Made by a program: the position numbers and the translations under genes
The notes under the pieces: generated by a model
What the model was told of the DNA's origin: nothing
Databases searched by the model: none
Seen by the model: only the letters and a program-made list of their open reading frames with translations
From: Candidatus Micrarchaeota archaeon
GTDB taxonomy: Archaea > Micrarchaeota > Micrarchaeia > Norongarragalinales > SBBD01
DNA: 64,000 nucleotides
Direction of reading: 5' to 3'
Assembly: GCA_018819225.1 (NCBI GenBank)
Contig: JAHJQN010000007.1
Span: 32,001 to 96,000 of the forward strand
In this document: positions 27,114 to 37,694 of the stretch, one piece after another
Layout: every line of letters starts with the position of its first letter
How positions within the stretch are numbered: position 1 is the first letter of the stretch

Positions 27114-28964
27114 CTAGGATGGCAAGCGTTTTTTCGCCTCCGCGGCATCCACATTCAAGCGAAAGCGGCGCATGAATTCCCCGAAACGGCGTTTTTCAGG
27201 CACGTTCGCGGGAATCGTTTTGAGGGCCGCTTCCAGTTGGGTCGGAGAAAACTTGTGCAAGCGGTGTTTCTTGAGCAAGGCAGTGAAGGAGTCTGAACCT
27301 GCGCCGCATTTGTGTTTTAAAAGCTCCGGAACCGCAGCGCGCACCACCTCGTTTTTAGAGAAAAGAGTGAAAAGTTCGCGCCAATCCGCTTCAGATAATG
27401 CGTCGCATGCGTAACCTTCGCGCTTCAACGCCCTCGAGGTTTCAAGGAGAGTCACGGCAATAAAGGAAGGCTCGGCCCGAGTATCCAACAGTTTCTCGAA
27501 CGCGATAAACTGTGAAGAACGCACCATTTTGGAAGCGAGTTCTTCATTCAACCCCCACTTCAAATAACGCGCCTTCTTTTCATCCAACGACTCCGTGCGT
27601 TCGGCATGAGAAGACGCCAGGCGCTGAGAGGAAATGGGAATCGGGGGAACATCCGTTTCAGGATACATGCGGGCCGCGCCCGGCAACGGACGCATGAAGA
27701 GAGAAAGGGAGCCTTGCGCTTTACGGGTTTCGTTAACGACGCCAGAAAGCGCTTGCTTACAACGAAGAAAAACCATTTCGAGCGCCTTGCGGCCGACCGC
27801 CGGCGTTCCAAGGCAAATAACGAAAAGGTCGGAAGGGGACGCGTCCAGTTCCGTGCGAATCGCTTGAATCTCGCTTTCCGAAAACCCGTACTTGGATTCG
27901 AGATCTTCATCGGAATGGATGATGCCTTTGGCGCGGGATCCTTGCTTGACGTGAGAAGCGATTTCGCGGCCAAACGTGTGTTGGGGCATGAGGTCTTTCT
28001 TGAAATAGCCGGCAAACCCCTTCAGTTTGAGGGCGAACGCTTTACCGCGTTCTTGTAAAACGCGCTGAACAAGAGGGGATGGAGTGTGAGAAAGCAATGA
28101 AGTGATGTCAACGGGAACGAAATCGCGCGTACTCAAGGAAACGCGTCGGGATTGCAGCTCATCCCGAACCTCAATCAAACGCGTTTGACGGAGCACCTCG
28201 TTCTCAACGAGCAGGGGGAGTAGTTTGAGATCCTGAGCGCCCTTGATTTCCACTCGAGCCCCGTTCGCAATGCTGATGTTAAGGTCTTGGCGAATCGTGC
28301 CGAGCCCACGCTGGACTTTTCCAGTAGCGCGCAAAAGTTTTCCTATGGATTCTGCGGCTTCTCGAACGTGGGTCGGGTCTTGAAGCGAGGGATCCGTGGT
28401 AATTTCAAGTAGAGGGATCCCTTGGCGGTCCAAACGAAAAACCGTTTCAGAAGGAGTGATTTCCATGATGCCAGCGCTCTCCTCCTCCAAGCAAAGCAAC
28501 GGAATGCGGACCGAACCTTTTGAGGTGGAGATCTGGCCGTTCAACGCAATGCATGCGGTACGTTGAAAACCGGAAACCGAAGAACCGTCGATCACTTGCT
28601 TGCGCATGACATGCACTTCATCCACGACGCGCATGCCCAGCATACGCGCGACTTGAAGTGCGGCATCGAGTGCGCTAGAATTTATTGCGTGCGGAGGTTC
28701 TTCGTCTGCTTCCACCGCGCATGAAGAGCGCGCGTCCAGCAAATAACGAAACTGCTTTCGTTTCGCGGCCTCGAAGCGAGCCGTGGGGTCGAGCTCGCCC
28801 AACTCACTGGATACGGCAAATAACTTTCGATGAATTTCCACGTCGGATGAAAGCGTTTGGGTGTTGGGATCGGAATAGCAGTCGCAGAAGAGCTTGCGGG
28901 TATCCAAACGCTGGTGGACCTCAATGCCGGCCTTGAAGCCCAGTTGAGAGTAATCGAGCGTCAT
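27114..28964 (-). CDS. gatE: Glutamyl-tRNA(Gln) amidotransferase subunit E
   Basis: LGFKAGIEVHQRL..KLFC, DEEPP, MRKQVIDGS..SGFQRT, GLGTIRQD, RPLPGAARMYPETD; ATGA overlap with gatD. Confidence 0.97.
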   Translation of the reverse strand: MTLDYSQLGFKAGIEVHQRLDTRKLFCDCYSDPNTQTLSSDVEIHRKLFAVSSELGELDPTARFEAAKRKQFRYLLDARSSCAVEADEEPPHAINSSALDAALQVARMLGMRVVDEVHVMRKQVIDGSSVSGFQRTACIALNGQISTSKGSVRIPLLCLEEESAGIMEITPSETVFRLDRQGIPLLEITTDPSLQDPTHVREAAESIGKLLRATGKVQRGLGTIRQDLNISIANGARVEIKGAQDLKLLPLLVENEVLRQTRLIEVRDELQSRRVSLSTRDFVPVDITSLLSHTPSPLVQRVLQERGKAFALKLKGFAGYFKKDLMPQHTFGREIASHVKQGSRAKGIIHSDEDLESKYGFSESEIQAIRTELDASPSDLFVICLGTPAVGRKALEMVFLRCKQALSGVVNETRKAQGSLSLFMRPLPGAARMYPETDVPPIPISSQRLASSHAERTESLDEKKARYLKWGLNEELASKMVRSSQFIAFEKLLDTRAEPSFIAVTLLETSRALKREGYACDALSEADWRELFTLFSKNEVVRAAVPELLKHKCGAGSDSFTALLKKHRLHKFSPTQLEAALKTIPANVPEKRRFGEFMRRFRLNVDAAEAKKRLPS

Positions 28965-30331
28965 TTCAGTTCCACCGACGTGAGACGCGGATTGTATTCG
29001 GACGCCCAATTCTGTAAGAGCATGTTTTGCACTTCCCGGGAATCGGACGAACGGCCCAGGGCACAACCGAGTTTCACATAAGCGGTTTCAGGAAGCAAGT
29101 CGCTGCAGAACGTAGCGCCTGCTGAAGACAACAAGCGCAAATTACGGTAGACGTTGGGATGCACGCGGCCGTTCAGGCATTGGGACGTAACGGCTAATAC
29201 GACTCCGTTTTTCACGGCGCGTTTGACTGCGGGAATCCAAGCGCGTTTTTTATCGTAGCCCGTCATGACCGTGCCGCTTTGGCCCGTGGGAACGTGACCT
29301 AACGCAAACGCCTCGAGAACCACGCCACGGTACTGGTTATCCACCAGATAATCAAGCAATGCCGGATCGGAACCCGGATAGAGTTTGAGTAAAGCCGTCT
29401 TGTTTTCAAAACGCGTGTCCGCCTTCACCTCGTTATCGGAACGTTTTCGTACGTGCGTCGCCAGCGCCTGGATCTCGCCTTGAGAAGAAATGCGGGCGAG
29501 CGGACGATCGTTAATGCTTTGAAACGCGTCGCGCTCCGACGTATGCATTTTTCGAACCTTGGTTCCACGGTGCGCATAACAAAAATCGTCGGAAGAAGAG
29601 CCGTGCATGACCACCGCGACTTCGGCAAAAGGAGAATGGCCGGCATAATGCGCTGCGCACAACAGATTCAAGCGGCCGTCAAAACTCCCGCGATCCGGAG
29701 AGCGTTGCGCTCCCACCAACGCCACGGGCTTGTTCAGGCCTGGAAGCATGAACGCCAGCGCCGCAGAAGAATAATGAAGCGTGTCCGTACCATGCGTAAT
29801 GATAACGCCCTTGAGCTCCAGATCGTTTAATGCGTGTTCCGCTTCTTCCGCGAGTTTCTGCCAGTGCCAAGGCTGCAAATCCTCGGACGCCATCGTGAAC
29901 GGAGAACGAACCGAACGAATAGTAACGACGTCCCGTAGCTCCGGCGTCGTGCCCAAAATTTCTTCGGGGGTACGGCACATGAATACGGCGCCCGTGGAAT
30001 AGTCGACGTGCGTGCCAATGGTCCCGCCCGTCGCGATCACGGATACCCCGGGAAGATTCTTGCCGGAAAAAGAGGATGCGGGAATGGAGGAGAGAACGCG
30101 TTTTTCAGAAGAGCGTTTTTCGACGCGAGCGGACGCGTCGGGCCGGAGCCCGATGTTGTAGCCGCTGGGAAGCTTAAGGACGAGAATATCGCGATCTTCC
30201 GCGGAAGCGGGCAACAATACTCCATCGTACTGCGCGGAACCGAACGAGATGCGAATGACGTCTCCTTCCTCAGCCTGCACGGTTTTTAAGAGCTGACGAA
30301 TCGCTTGAGAGTACATGGAAGCATCCACCAT
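28961..30331 (-). CDS. gatD: Glutamyl-tRNA(Gln) amidotransferase subunit D
   Basis: KLPSGYNIG, TGGTI, HGTDT, GAQRS.DR, KMHTS.RDAF, PETAYVKL. Confidence 0.97.
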   Translation of the reverse strand: MVDASMYSQAIRQLLKTVQAEEGDVIRISFGSAQYDGVLLPASAEDRDILVLKLPSGYNIGLRPDASARVEKRSSEKRVLSSIPASSFSGKNLPGVSVIATGGTIGTHVDYSTGAVFMCRTPEEILGTTPELRDVVTIRSVRSPFTMASEDLQPWHWQKLAEEAEHALNDLELKGVIITHGTDTLHYSSAALAFMLPGLNKPVALVGAQRSPDRGSFDGRLNLLCAAHYAGHSPFAEVAVVMHGSSSDDFCYAHRGTKVRKMHTSERDAFQSINDRPLARISSQGEIQALATHVRKRSDNEVKADTRFENKTALLKLYPGSDPALLDYLVDNQYRGVVLEAFALGHVPTGQSGTVMTGYDKKRAWIPAVKRAVKNGVVLAVTSQCLNGRVHPNVYRNLRLLSSAGATFCSDLLPETAYVKLGCALGRSSDSREVQNMLLQNWASEYNPRLTSVELK

Positions 30332-30361
30332 TCACTTGACCCGATGGAAGTTATTAAGGCT

Positions 30362-31603
30362 TTATTTTTGGGTTTTGCGGAACGCTTGTTTCAAGGCTTC
30401 GACGCCAGGCAATTTCTTTCCTTGCAAATAACTGACCACGGCACCGCCCGCCAGAGATAAATGAGAAATCTTGGAAGAGGGGATACTGAATTTCTCCATG
30501 GCCGCTAGGGAGTGCCCTCCACCCATCAATGAAAACGCTTTCGAAGAGGACACGGCTTTCAGGATTTCGCGCGTGCCTTGCTCGAATAACGGATCCTCAA
30601 ATTTTCCAACAGGACCCTTGAAATAAATCGTTTTCGCCGTGGATAAAATAGATTGGTATCGGGCAATGGTCTTCGCCCCGATATCGTACGTGGGACCGTT
30701 GGCTTGAGCGAGGTCCGTCACGCGAAACTCCTTGCGCGCTCCGTTCTCCCCGATGGCAACGTCTTGCGGGAACTCGATTTTAGAAGAATGCTTTTCCATC
30801 AGGGACTGGAGTTCGGGGAGAAGCGCGTCGTACCCGGCATCGCGAATCCACTGGCGTTTGGTGGGACCGATGTCGTAACCCTTGGCGAGCAAACATAATT
30901 CCCCTAAAACGCCGGAGGTGAGTATTTTGTCAACGGCTTTAGAAGAACATGCGAACTGGAGGAGAGTGAAGACGTCGTCGGGCTTGGCACCACCTAACAC
31001 GTAAACGTTGGGGTGTTCAGCAGTCTCCAACGCCTTGGATAGTCCAGCGAGTTCCCGTTCCATCACCCGGCCTGCAGCGGATGGAAGAAGGAACGCGGGA
31101 CCGACGAGCGAGGCCTGCATACGGTGAGAAGCCGAAAACGCATCGTTGACATAAAAATCGGCAATGGAACACAACCGCTTGACCATCAAGGCCTTCAAAA
31201 ACTGGTCTTCTCGCGGCACCTTCTCCGTTTCCTCCGAGTAAAACCGCGTGTTCTCCAACAGAACGATATCCCCGTCATTCATTTGACGAATCTCGTTCAA
31301 CACCGTATTTGAGAATAAGCCGTCCAGGAACCGAACCGGCCTGTTGACGTGTTTTTCGAGGTAAGAGGCATGGGTTTTCAAGGAAATAAAGTCGGTTGAG
31401 AATGGCCGGCCTTGATGCGCCAACACCACCACGCGGGCACCCTTCTTGGAAAGTTCTTTAAGCGTTATGGCGTGTTCGGCGAATCGCTTGGAGTCCTGCA
31501 AACCGGTTTTCGCATCAAACGGTGCGTTAATGTCCACTCGGACCAACGTCGTTTTTCCTTTGAAGTTGAAATCGTCCAGAGTAAAAAATTGCTTTTTTTC
31601 CAT
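30362..31603 (-). CDS. pgk: Phosphoglycerate kinase
   Basis: VRVDIN, AHQGRP, LLENTRF, NDAF.ASHR, GGAK, GPVG.FE, GGGH, GGA. Confidence 0.97.
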   Translation of the reverse strand: MEKKQFFTLDDFNFKGKTTLVRVDINAPFDAKTGLQDSKRFAEHAITLKELSKKGARVVVLAHQGRPFSTDFISLKTHASYLEKHVNRPVRFLDGLFSNTVLNEIRQMNDGDIVLLENTRFYSEETEKVPREDQFLKALMVKRLCSIADFYVNDAFSASHRMQASLVGPAFLLPSAAGRVMERELAGLSKALETAEHPNVYVLGGAKPDDVFTLLQFACSSKAVDKILTSGVLGELCLLAKGYDIGPTKRQWIRDAGYDALLPELQSLMEKHSSKIEFPQDVAIGENGARKEFRVTDLAQANGPTYDIGAKTIARYQSILSTAKTIYFKGPVGKFEDPLFEQGTREILKAVSSSKAFSLMGGGHSLAAMEKFSIPSSKISHLSLAGGAVVSYLQGKKLPGVEALKQAFRKTQK

Positions 31604-31733
31604 CACAAACACCTCGGGTATGGCCGACGAATGCGATTGGAATGGCGCGCTTGCGTGGTCCGTTCCATTCCGCTAACCGGATGCGCCCGTCCGCGTCGAA
31701 AAACGCGTTCACGGGAAGAGAGGTTTAATGCAT

Positions 31734-32375
31734 TCAAGACGTATCCACCTCGTACGGATGGGAAGCCAGGCGCCGGATTTCTTTCGCCCGCTCCTTTCCG
31801 ATTCCTTCCGCGGATTGCAGTGTTTTTTCATCCGCCGTAAAAATACGTTGAATGGTGCCCAGTTTTCTTAAAAGCGATTTCGCGTTATGCGGGCCAATCG
31901 TAGGAATGGATTCGATCACGAATTGCTGCTGTTCGGAAACGGAAAAGGATTTCTTTTCGTAACGAAGCGCCAGCTCTTTTTTCCCGTTCGTTTTTTGAAG
32001 CGCGAGCACGTGAATGAATTCCGCGAGCTTTTCTTCAGAATCAAAATGAAAAATCGGAATGCGGAAATCCGTTGCTAACGCGATCTCCGCTCCCAAAAGT
32101 GCGCGGGGTTGCAGGCGACCGTATTTTGCGCCCACGATGGCCATAATAGGAGACTCGAATTGAGCGGCAAGATCTTTCGCCTGAAAAAAGAGGCGGCCGT
32201 CGATAATACTGGATTCGAAATCCGCCGCGGTCTTTCGCTCGAGGGCGACTTGGTCACTGATAATATAGTCGCCGATCTCCAGGCGCGTCGACTTCAAGCG
32301 AATGCCGAGTGAAAAGAGCTTTCGTGCCGTAGGGCTCTTGAGTTCGCGATCATCCATTAATATTTCCAGGTCCAT
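31734..32375 (-). CDS. Stand-alone ERCC4/XPF endonuclease + (HhH)2
   Basis: DDRE, GDY, ERKT..DF..SIIDGRL..Q, IPTIGP, EGIG; start moved to ATG 32375. Confidence 0.93.
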   Translation of the reverse strand: MDLEILMDDRELKSPTARKLFSLGIRLKSTRLEIGDYIISDQVALERKTAADFESSIIDGRLFFQAKDLAAQFESPIMAIVGAKYGRLQPRALLGAEIALATDFRIPIFHFDSEEKLAEFIHVLALQKTNGKKELALRYEKKSFSVSEQQQFVIESIPTIGPHNAKSLLRKLGTIQRIFTADEKTLQSAEGIGKERAKEIRRLASHPYEVDTS

Positions 32376-32419
32376 CCCAAAGAGCAACAAGGGGCAGGCT
32401 AAAAAAACGTGCGGTCGGG

Positions 32420-33175
32420 TCAAAGCCATTCCTGGAAAGTGATCGAGAGTTTTTCGATTTCCTGAAGAGTCAAGGAACGCACGCGTCGGGACGCCAACGG
32501 AAGTCGAGCGATACGCGTTTTCGCATCCGATGGAGAGGGGAAAGACAAGGACCGGCGGGAATGCCACAACGCATTTTTTACGGACTGGTTTTTATGCTGG
32601 AATAATAGTTGAACGAGCTGGGGATCGAGATGCGCCTTCGGGTTCTTTACGAGGTGGACGAATGCGGAATCCACGCGCGGAACGGGCCGGAAGGCGGTTC
32701 GGGGCACAATTCCCCATATCTCGACATCCGAAAGGCTTTGGGCCATCACGGATAGTCGCGCGTACTGAGGGGTGTCGGGGGAAGCGATCATGCGTAAAGC
32801 GAACTCCTTTTGAAGGCAGAGCAGAGCATCTTGAAACGTCGAGTTTAGTATGCGGAAAAGCAAGGGAGATGAGAGGTGGTATGGAAGGAAGCCGACAATG
32901 ACGGGAGCGTCCAAGGGGTGTATCCGGGCGTCCCCCATAATGACGTTTACGTTCTTCACGTCGCGCAGCCCGTTCGCGAGTTCGCGGGCCAAGCGCTCAT
33001 CCACTTCCAGAGCCGTTACCTCTTTAGCGTGTTCGGCGAGATAGCGCGTAATGACTCCCGTGCCCGCACCAATTTCGAGAACGCGTTTATCGGAAAAGTC
33101 GGCCAGATCTAAATACTCTTGAACGAACGAGATGTCGCGAAGGAAGACCTGGGAAAGGCGTTTTAATTGGCGCAT
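32420..33175 (-). CDS. ksgA: 16S rRNA adenine dimethyltransferase
   Basis: LSQVFL, VLEIGAGTG, LPYHLSS, QKEFA.R, Y.RLSV, F.PVP.VDS. Confidence 0.93.
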   Translation of the reverse strand: MRQLKRLSQVFLRDISFVQEYLDLADFSDKRVLEIGAGTGVITRYLAEHAKEVTALEVDERLARELANGLRDVKNVNVIMGDARIHPLDAPVIVGFLPYHLSSPLLFRILNSTFQDALLCLQKEFALRMIASPDTPQYARLSVMAQSLSDVEIWGIVPRTAFRPVPRVDSAFVHLVKNPKAHLDPQLVQLLFQHKNQSVKNALWHSRRSLSFPSPSDAKTRIARLPLASRRVRSLTLQEIEKLSITFQEWL

Positions 33176-33237
33176 TAAAAATCAGTAGAGCACGTGGTGG
33201 AAAGAATATATTAAACGAAAGGGGCATACCTCGGGAT

Positions 33238-33993
33238 ATGGCAAGGAAACGGTTGCGGCCCGTAAACCCAAATTACGAAAGGATTGGCGGGCTATCGCCC
33301 AACGACCCAATATTTCAAGAAATAAAAAAAACACTACCTCCGCATCTGAAAAAAGCATCGGAGTGGGCGTGGTTTACGTCGGCTCATCACATAAAATGGT
33401 TGGTTCTAAACAAGTCCTTCCGGGAGGGTATAACGCCTCAATCAAGAGTGTTAGAGTTGGGTGCCGGAACCGGCCGATTGGGGGATTGGCTTTTGAAAAA
33501 AACGGCGTTACGGCCCGAGGGATATGTTGCAGTGGACCAAATATATGGCGAGCGACCGGAAGTGTTTATGAAAGCACGCGTATGGAAACAAGCCAAGAGA
33601 GGAAAAATACGGTTATTAAAAGGAAATATTTGGAAACCCGGCCCGATTCATAGGGCGTTAACGGGTGAGACATTCGACCATATATTGATTCCAGAAGGGC
33701 TAATGGAGCCCGGATGGGAACGGCCTCCAGTAGAATTAGAAGAACCGAGAAAAGCCGGGCGGGTTTTCGCTCGTATCCTCGTTAAAAAACTAAAACAAGG
33801 AGGAACGCTGCGATTTTCACACGCCCAACCGATATTCAACGAACGGGCCTCTCGGCAAGTGCGCGAACGCAACCCCTTCAAGACGGGGTTTGAAGCGGGA
33901 TTAAAGCACGAAATGGATAGGGGCCATGCGGAACTCGTGGAGAGAACGATTGGCGGATGGGGGGTTAGTGGCGTCATCATCCGACGAACATAA
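33238..33993 (+). CDS. Class I SAM-dependent methyltransferase
   Basis: RVLELGAGTG, YVAVD, FDHI, LKQGG. Confidence 0.8.
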   Translation: MARKRLRPVNPNYERIGGLSPNDPIFQEIKKTLPPHLKKASEWAWFTSAHHIKWLVLNKSFREGITPQSRVLELGAGTGRLGDWLLKKTALRPEGYVAVDQIYGERPEVFMKARVWKQAKRGKIRLLKGNIWKPGPIHRALTGETFDHILIPEGLMEPGWERPPVELEEPRKAGRVFARILVKKLKQGGTLRFSHAQPIFNERASRQVRERNPFKTGFEAGLKHEMDRGHAELVERTIGGWGVSGVIIRRT

Positions 33994-34000
33994 GCGAGCC

Positions 34001-35113
34001 CTACAACAGACTCAGAAGGCGTGCGAACTCCTCAGCGGGCATGAGATTGAGGGGTAGTACGTGCCAGACGTGCAGGTACGCGCCGAAAAGAAAGGGAACC
34101 AACGGGTATTTTACGAGTTTGTTCGACCAGATATCTTCAAATGCGATGAGCAACGCGAATGGAAACGCGGGAAGTAAATACCGGGCGACATCGTTATGGG
34201 AAAGAAATAAGGCCGGCAAATAGAGAATCAACGCGAATAGCACGAGATCGAACCGCCGTTGCTGATAGAGCCGTGCGATTCCTGCTCCATAAAGCAAGTA
34301 GAGCAGCATCCAATATTCTCCGACCGCAGCACCCCCATAACCAATAACCGCTTGAAACGGAAGCCATTGAAGAACAAAGCTGTTGACGGACGCGTAAACG
34401 AAGAAGTCGCCGTACACGAAGTGATAGTAGAGAAAGTGAAGGAAGAGTGCGAGTGGAATGAGCAGGTAAGGAAGCGCAGACCGCCATTGAACGCGGCGCT
34501 TCCATAAAAAGTAAAGGGCGTAAAACGCGAAAAGCGTGACGCCAAAGACGCGCGTGGTTGCCGCCAGAGCACCGAATGCTGCAGACAGCCAGTACTGATT
34601 TCTTTTAAAGAAATAAAAGGAAGCTAAAACCAAGAAAATGAAGGGGGCCTCGGTGGCGCCGACGCTGTGGTAAATGAGCCAGCGAACCGGAAAAAACACG
34701 AAGATCACGGAAAGAAACAAGGGATGTTTCGTGTACTTGAATTCCTTGACGAGGAAGTAGAAAGTGATTACGGAAAGAACAGCGAAGAAGAGCGTGGCGA
34801 GAAGCATCGCATCGAACGGAAACAACACGAAAGAGAATAGCCGTATGAACGCGGGGTAGAACACGAGATGCGCGGAATAGTAGTAGGGGGGGAGGGACCC
34901 GAATTCTAATAGCGGCGTAGACTCGTAGAGGGTTTGAGAAACGACTACGTAGAGCGGGCCGTCCCAATAACGGTATAGCACGTCCATGGAGGTAATGGAA
35001 ATCGAGGAGCTCAAGAAAGAGGTTTCGTTTAACCAAAACGGGAGGTAAACGAGGAGACTCGAAAGGATCATGAGTAGCGCGAGAAACAACGCGTTACGGT
35101 GATCAACATGCAT
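34001..35113 (-). CDS. GT-C glycosyltransferase (PIG-V/mannosyltransferase-like)
   Basis: YWDGPLY, FYP, TEAPF, TTR..G, ARY; multi-TM. Confidence 0.8.
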   Translation of the reverse strand: MHVDHRNALFLALLMILSSLLVYLPFWLNETSFLSSSISITSMDVLYRYWDGPLYVVVSQTLYESTPLLEFGSLPPYYYSAHLVFYPAFIRLFSFVLFPFDAMLLATLFFAVLSVITFYFLVKEFKYTKHPLFLSVIFVFFPVRWLIYHSVGATEAPFIFLVLASFYFFKRNQYWLSAAFGALAATTRVFGVTLFAFYALYFLWKRRVQWRSALPYLLIPLALFLHFLYYHFVYGDFFVYASVNSFVLQWLPFQAVIGYGGAAVGEYWMLLYLLYGAGIARLYQQRRFDLVLFALILYLPALFLSHNDVARYLLPAFPFALLIAFEDIWSNKLVKYPLVPFLFGAYLHVWHVLPLNLMPAEEFARLLSLL

Positions 35114-35197
35114 ATGAAAAAAAATATACCAGGGGCATAATAAAGGATAGGGAAAGCGCGCAAGGAACAACCGGAACCATTTAGGGATATGGAAAAA

Positions 35198-37246
35198 CTA
35201 AAGATATCGGGGGGTTGAAGTCAAACGCACGCGTTTTCCCTTCAAAATGGCGGTTAATTGAGCCGAGCGCAATCGTTGGGAGGCATTCGAAAGAGAATAT
35301 TCCGCGGTGAAGGAGCGTTCGACGAACGGGATGCACCATTGAAGCTGCATGCCGAGCACCGTATCGTCCATGGCACTCGGTGAGGGGACGCACGAGACAA
35401 CGGAAGGCGCAAAGTCTTCAATCATTAACGCGTGAAGCGGCTCGCGGGTTTTAAGATAAAGTGTCACGCGGGAATCTCGAACGGTTTTCGTAAAGTGAAT
35501 AGGGGGTTGGGGGAAACGATGGAGAGCGATGGCAAGCAATAGCAAGGGAATGAGTAAGAAATAGTGCCAAGAAAAGGAAAGAGCCAACAGACCCGAGACC
35601 CGCGAAGGAACGGAAGAGGGGTATGGAGAAGACGAGGGACGGGGAAGCACGCGGAACCAAAACGAATGGTTTGAATACTGGAGTTTCCAGTAACCGGGTT
35701 CGGAAAAGTTGAATGAACGAGATTCGGAGAGAAGAACGCGATACGGACGGCCAGACGGACTGGAAATATGAATCGGGGATTTGGGAGGAACGCCGTCATC
35801 CAGAAGAGTGATTGGGTATACCCCTAACGGAATAGAAGCCGGCATGAGAAAAATAACGAGGGGGACGCGGGCGTATTGGAGGGGAATGCTGGAGGGAGCC
35901 GCAGAGGGGAAAAAAGAGGGGGAGGGGAGAATGGTAGGAGTAGGAGAATTGACAACGGGAATTATCGGAGATGAGGAATAGGTGGAAGTTGAACTGGAAG
36001 AAGGGGGAATGGAGGGGGGAGGAGTTGGAGAAGGAATAGGAAGTTGTAGAAGAATGGGGAGGGAGTGATTCAGAAAGGAATTGTTTTCAGAAAAAGCGAA
36101 GACCGTGCAATTGAGAGCGAACGAAACGTTTTCGAGATTGAGGAAGAACGAGGCATTTGAATGCGAAGGACATGCAACAGAGGTATTGACACCCGAATGA
36201 TTAGTGCAGGAGAGCTGAAGGGAAAACGTATCGTCCACGAAACCAATGTTTTCAAGGGACGCGGAATAATCGAAAAATAAGCCGTCGAGTATAGGGTGCT
36301 TGGAAACATTGAGAATACGGGGATTCCCATGAAGAAAAAGAAAGGGAACCGCGGAGTCATTGAGTCTAGCGGATAAATGAGCGGAAACCCACGAGTCCGG
36401 TGGCGAAAAGTCGTAGTAATTAGAATAGTTTCCGGAACGCGTTTCAATCAATAGGTGATACGCCGCCGTTAATTGCGAGGTGGAAGCAACGGCGTCTGGA
36501 ATGGATAGGAAATAATGGGATTGGTAGTAGGCCCATGCACTCAAATAGTTTTGAAAATAGGTTGGAGAAAGCAAACCGAAGGTATCGGAAAGATTGATAA
36601 AGGAATGGTTCGGTTGAGAGGTATTGAGAGAGTAGTTGATGAGAGTGAGGGAATGAGAGGAGTCGTTGCAGGAGGAATGATTTACTGAAGCGGTACAAGA
36701 GGAATTGAGGGCATTGAGTTGAATGGAGAAATCGAACGATAGTAATTCAGAAAGATTGGAATAGTTAGTGGAAACAAAAGGACGGTAACGGTAACACCAA
36801 TCCTTCAGATAGTAATTCCCACAGTTCGGATTAAAATAATCGCATTCGTCACACCAAGAAAAATCACCGGGACCGGTAAACCCGGCTCGCTCGCATAGAT
36901 CCTGGCCGTAATAGTCCGTACAACCGTCCTCGATCACCAACGCAAGCCCGCCGGAAGCCGAATACAAGGGAAAGGAGGCATTAGAAATGAGATACGAGGC
37001 GTTCTGGGAAAGGGAGGTATTGAGAAGAAAAGGAGAGAGAAGGGACACTTCGCCGTGGGTAAGAAGAGATAGGTTAGAGGCGGGTATTTCGATTGAAGCG
37101 TTCGTTTGAATAAGGAATAGGTTGAAAGAAAGCGCGGGAACCCGCGAGAAATTCAGAAGCGAAACGTCAAGCGCAAAAGGAGAAGGGAAAAAAATGGTTA
37201 GTGACAGCACAACGCAAACAACGACACCGCGCATGGGGGAAGGCAC
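35198..37246 (-). CDS. Surface glycoprotein, Ser/Pro-rich, many N-x-S/T sequons, one TM near C-terminus
   Basis: Signal peptide, Cys-rich patch, S/P linker, TM helix, then a short cytoplasmic domain. Confidence 0.7.
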   Translation of the reverse strand: MPSPMRGVVVCVVLSLTIFFPSPFALDVSLLNFSRVPALSFNLFLIQTNASIEIPASNLSLLTHGEVSLLSPFLLNTSLSQNASYLISNASFPLYSASGGLALVIEDGCTDYYGQDLCERAGFTGPGDFSWCDECDYFNPNCGNYYLKDWCYRYRPFVSTNYSNLSELLSFDFSIQLNALNSSCTASVNHSSCNDSSHSLTLINYSLNTSQPNHSFINLSDTFGLLSPTYFQNYLSAWAYYQSHYFLSIPDAVASTSQLTAAYHLLIETRSGNYSNYYDFSPPDSWVSAHLSARLNDSAVPFLFLHGNPRILNVSKHPILDGLFFDYSASLENIGFVDDTFSLQLSCTNHSGVNTSVACPSHSNASFFLNLENVSFALNCTVFAFSENNSFLNHSLPILLQLPIPSPTPPPSIPPSSSSTSTYSSSPIIPVVNSPTPTILPSPSFFPSAAPSSIPLQYARVPLVIFLMPASIPLGVYPITLLDDGVPPKSPIHISSPSGRPYRVLLSESRSFNFSEPGYWKLQYSNHSFWFRVLPRPSSSPYPSSVPSRVSGLLALSFSWHYFLLIPLLLLAIALHRFPQPPIHFTKTVRDSRVTLYLKTREPLHALMIEDFAPSVVSCVPSPSAMDDTVLGMQLQWCIPFVERSFTAEYSLSNASQRLRSAQLTAILKGKRVRLTSTPRYL

Positions 37247-37547
37247 CTTTTACAAGATGCCTCCAACCGTTTGTTTGAATAATTCCCTTAGGAATAAGGA
37301 ATGGCAGGTTAAAAAAACAAGGGGTTATGTCCGCTAATGAACCTGAATCTGATTGGGGTTTTATGTTTCTGTTGATGCAACCGAAAATTGCGTTATTGCG
37401 CGGAGTGTTCCTTTTCGCGCCAACTCTTTGGCCGCAGTGGAGAATTCCATTCACCCTACTAGTTATTGCAGGACTCGTTCAATTAGTGAGCGCTTGAACC
37501 ATAGGGAATAGGATAAAAGGATAACCGCCAATACTTTAGAGCGCGAT

Positions 37548-37654
37548 GGGCTCGTAGTCGAACGGTAAGACGCTGCCTTCGCAAGGCAGAGACTCCGGGT
37601 TCGATGCACAAAAAAGGCTTGAAAAAAGCCTGTGCGAAAATCCCGGCGAGTCCA
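37548..37654 (+). tRNA. tRNA-Ala(CGC) with 35-nt non-canonical intron at 59/60 (37606-37640)
   Basis: GGGCTCG/CGAGTCC with G3-U70; anticodon CGC at 37580-37582; BHB CCGGG/CCCGG, TTCG/CGAA, CACA/TGTG with ATG and AAT bulges; splicing restores TTCGATT. Confidence 0.93.
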
Positions 37655-37694
37655 TTTTTTTATTAAGTGAGAGTACAACATAAAAACCCCCAAA

